This document shows positions 63,775 to 64,000 of a stretch of DNA of 64,000 nucleotides, in pieces. Origin of the DNA: Octopus bimaculoides (lineage: Eukaryota). The notes under the pieces are model-generated. The model saw nothing but the letters and a program-made list of their open reading frames with translations. It made no database searches and was not told the DNA's origin. Within the stretch, counting starts at the first letter, position 1; each line of letters opens with the position of its first letter. The stretch covers positions 18,378,899 through 18,442,898 of the forward strand of contig NC_068984.1 in the NCBI RefSeq assembly GCF_001194135.2. The letters run 5' to 3'. Both the position numbers and the translations under genes were made by a program.

Positions 63775-64000
63775 TCATCATCATCATCGTTTAACGTCCG
63801 CTTTCCATGCTAGCATGGGTTGGACGATTTGACTGAGGACTGGTGAAACCGGATGGCAACACCAGGCTCCAGTCTGATTTGGCAGAGTTTCTACAGCTGG
63901 ATGCCCTTCCTAACGCCAACCACTCAGAGAGTGTAGTGGGTGCTTTTACGTGTCACCCGCACGAAAACGGCCACGCTCGAAATGGTGTCTTTTATGTGCC
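63775..64000 (-). mobile_element. Young GAT-tailed RTE-related repeat running off the window end
   Basis: The 3' ~95 bp are essentially identical to 3232-3330, and CpGs are retained. Confidence 0.85.

Overview
AT-rich, microsatellite-laden eukaryotic genomic DNA with ten N gaps. The SINE and RTE repeat types suggest a coleoid cephalopod, probably Octopus (inference). The backbone is a + strand kinesin-3 gene of the KIF13A/B (Khc-73) type. Four GT-AG exons (4315-4426, 5602-5814, 15123-15233, 31525-31659) splice in frame to about 190 aa covering the end of the motor domain, the neck coil, CC1 and the lead-in to the FHA domain. The rest appears intronic. It holds three Tc1/mariner lineages (DD34D, DD37D, about DD41D), several decayed RTE and other LINE fragments, at least five tRNA-derived SINE families, a hAT-type MITE and several foldback hairpins. 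Two signals stand out. First, there are four minimal type I hammerhead-ribozyme motifs of the Penelope-like-element kind; the best one lies in a tRNA-headed SINE-like element arranged as a ~500-bp head-to-head palindrome 110 nt downstream of a motor exon. Second, a CpG-rich island at about 45.2-46.2 kb ends in a strong-context ATG, a 16-codon hydrophobic peptide and a perfect GTAAGT donor, suggesting an internal promoter or a nested gene. There are no prokaryotic features or CRISPR arrays, and most ORFs in the supplied track are repeat artefacts.
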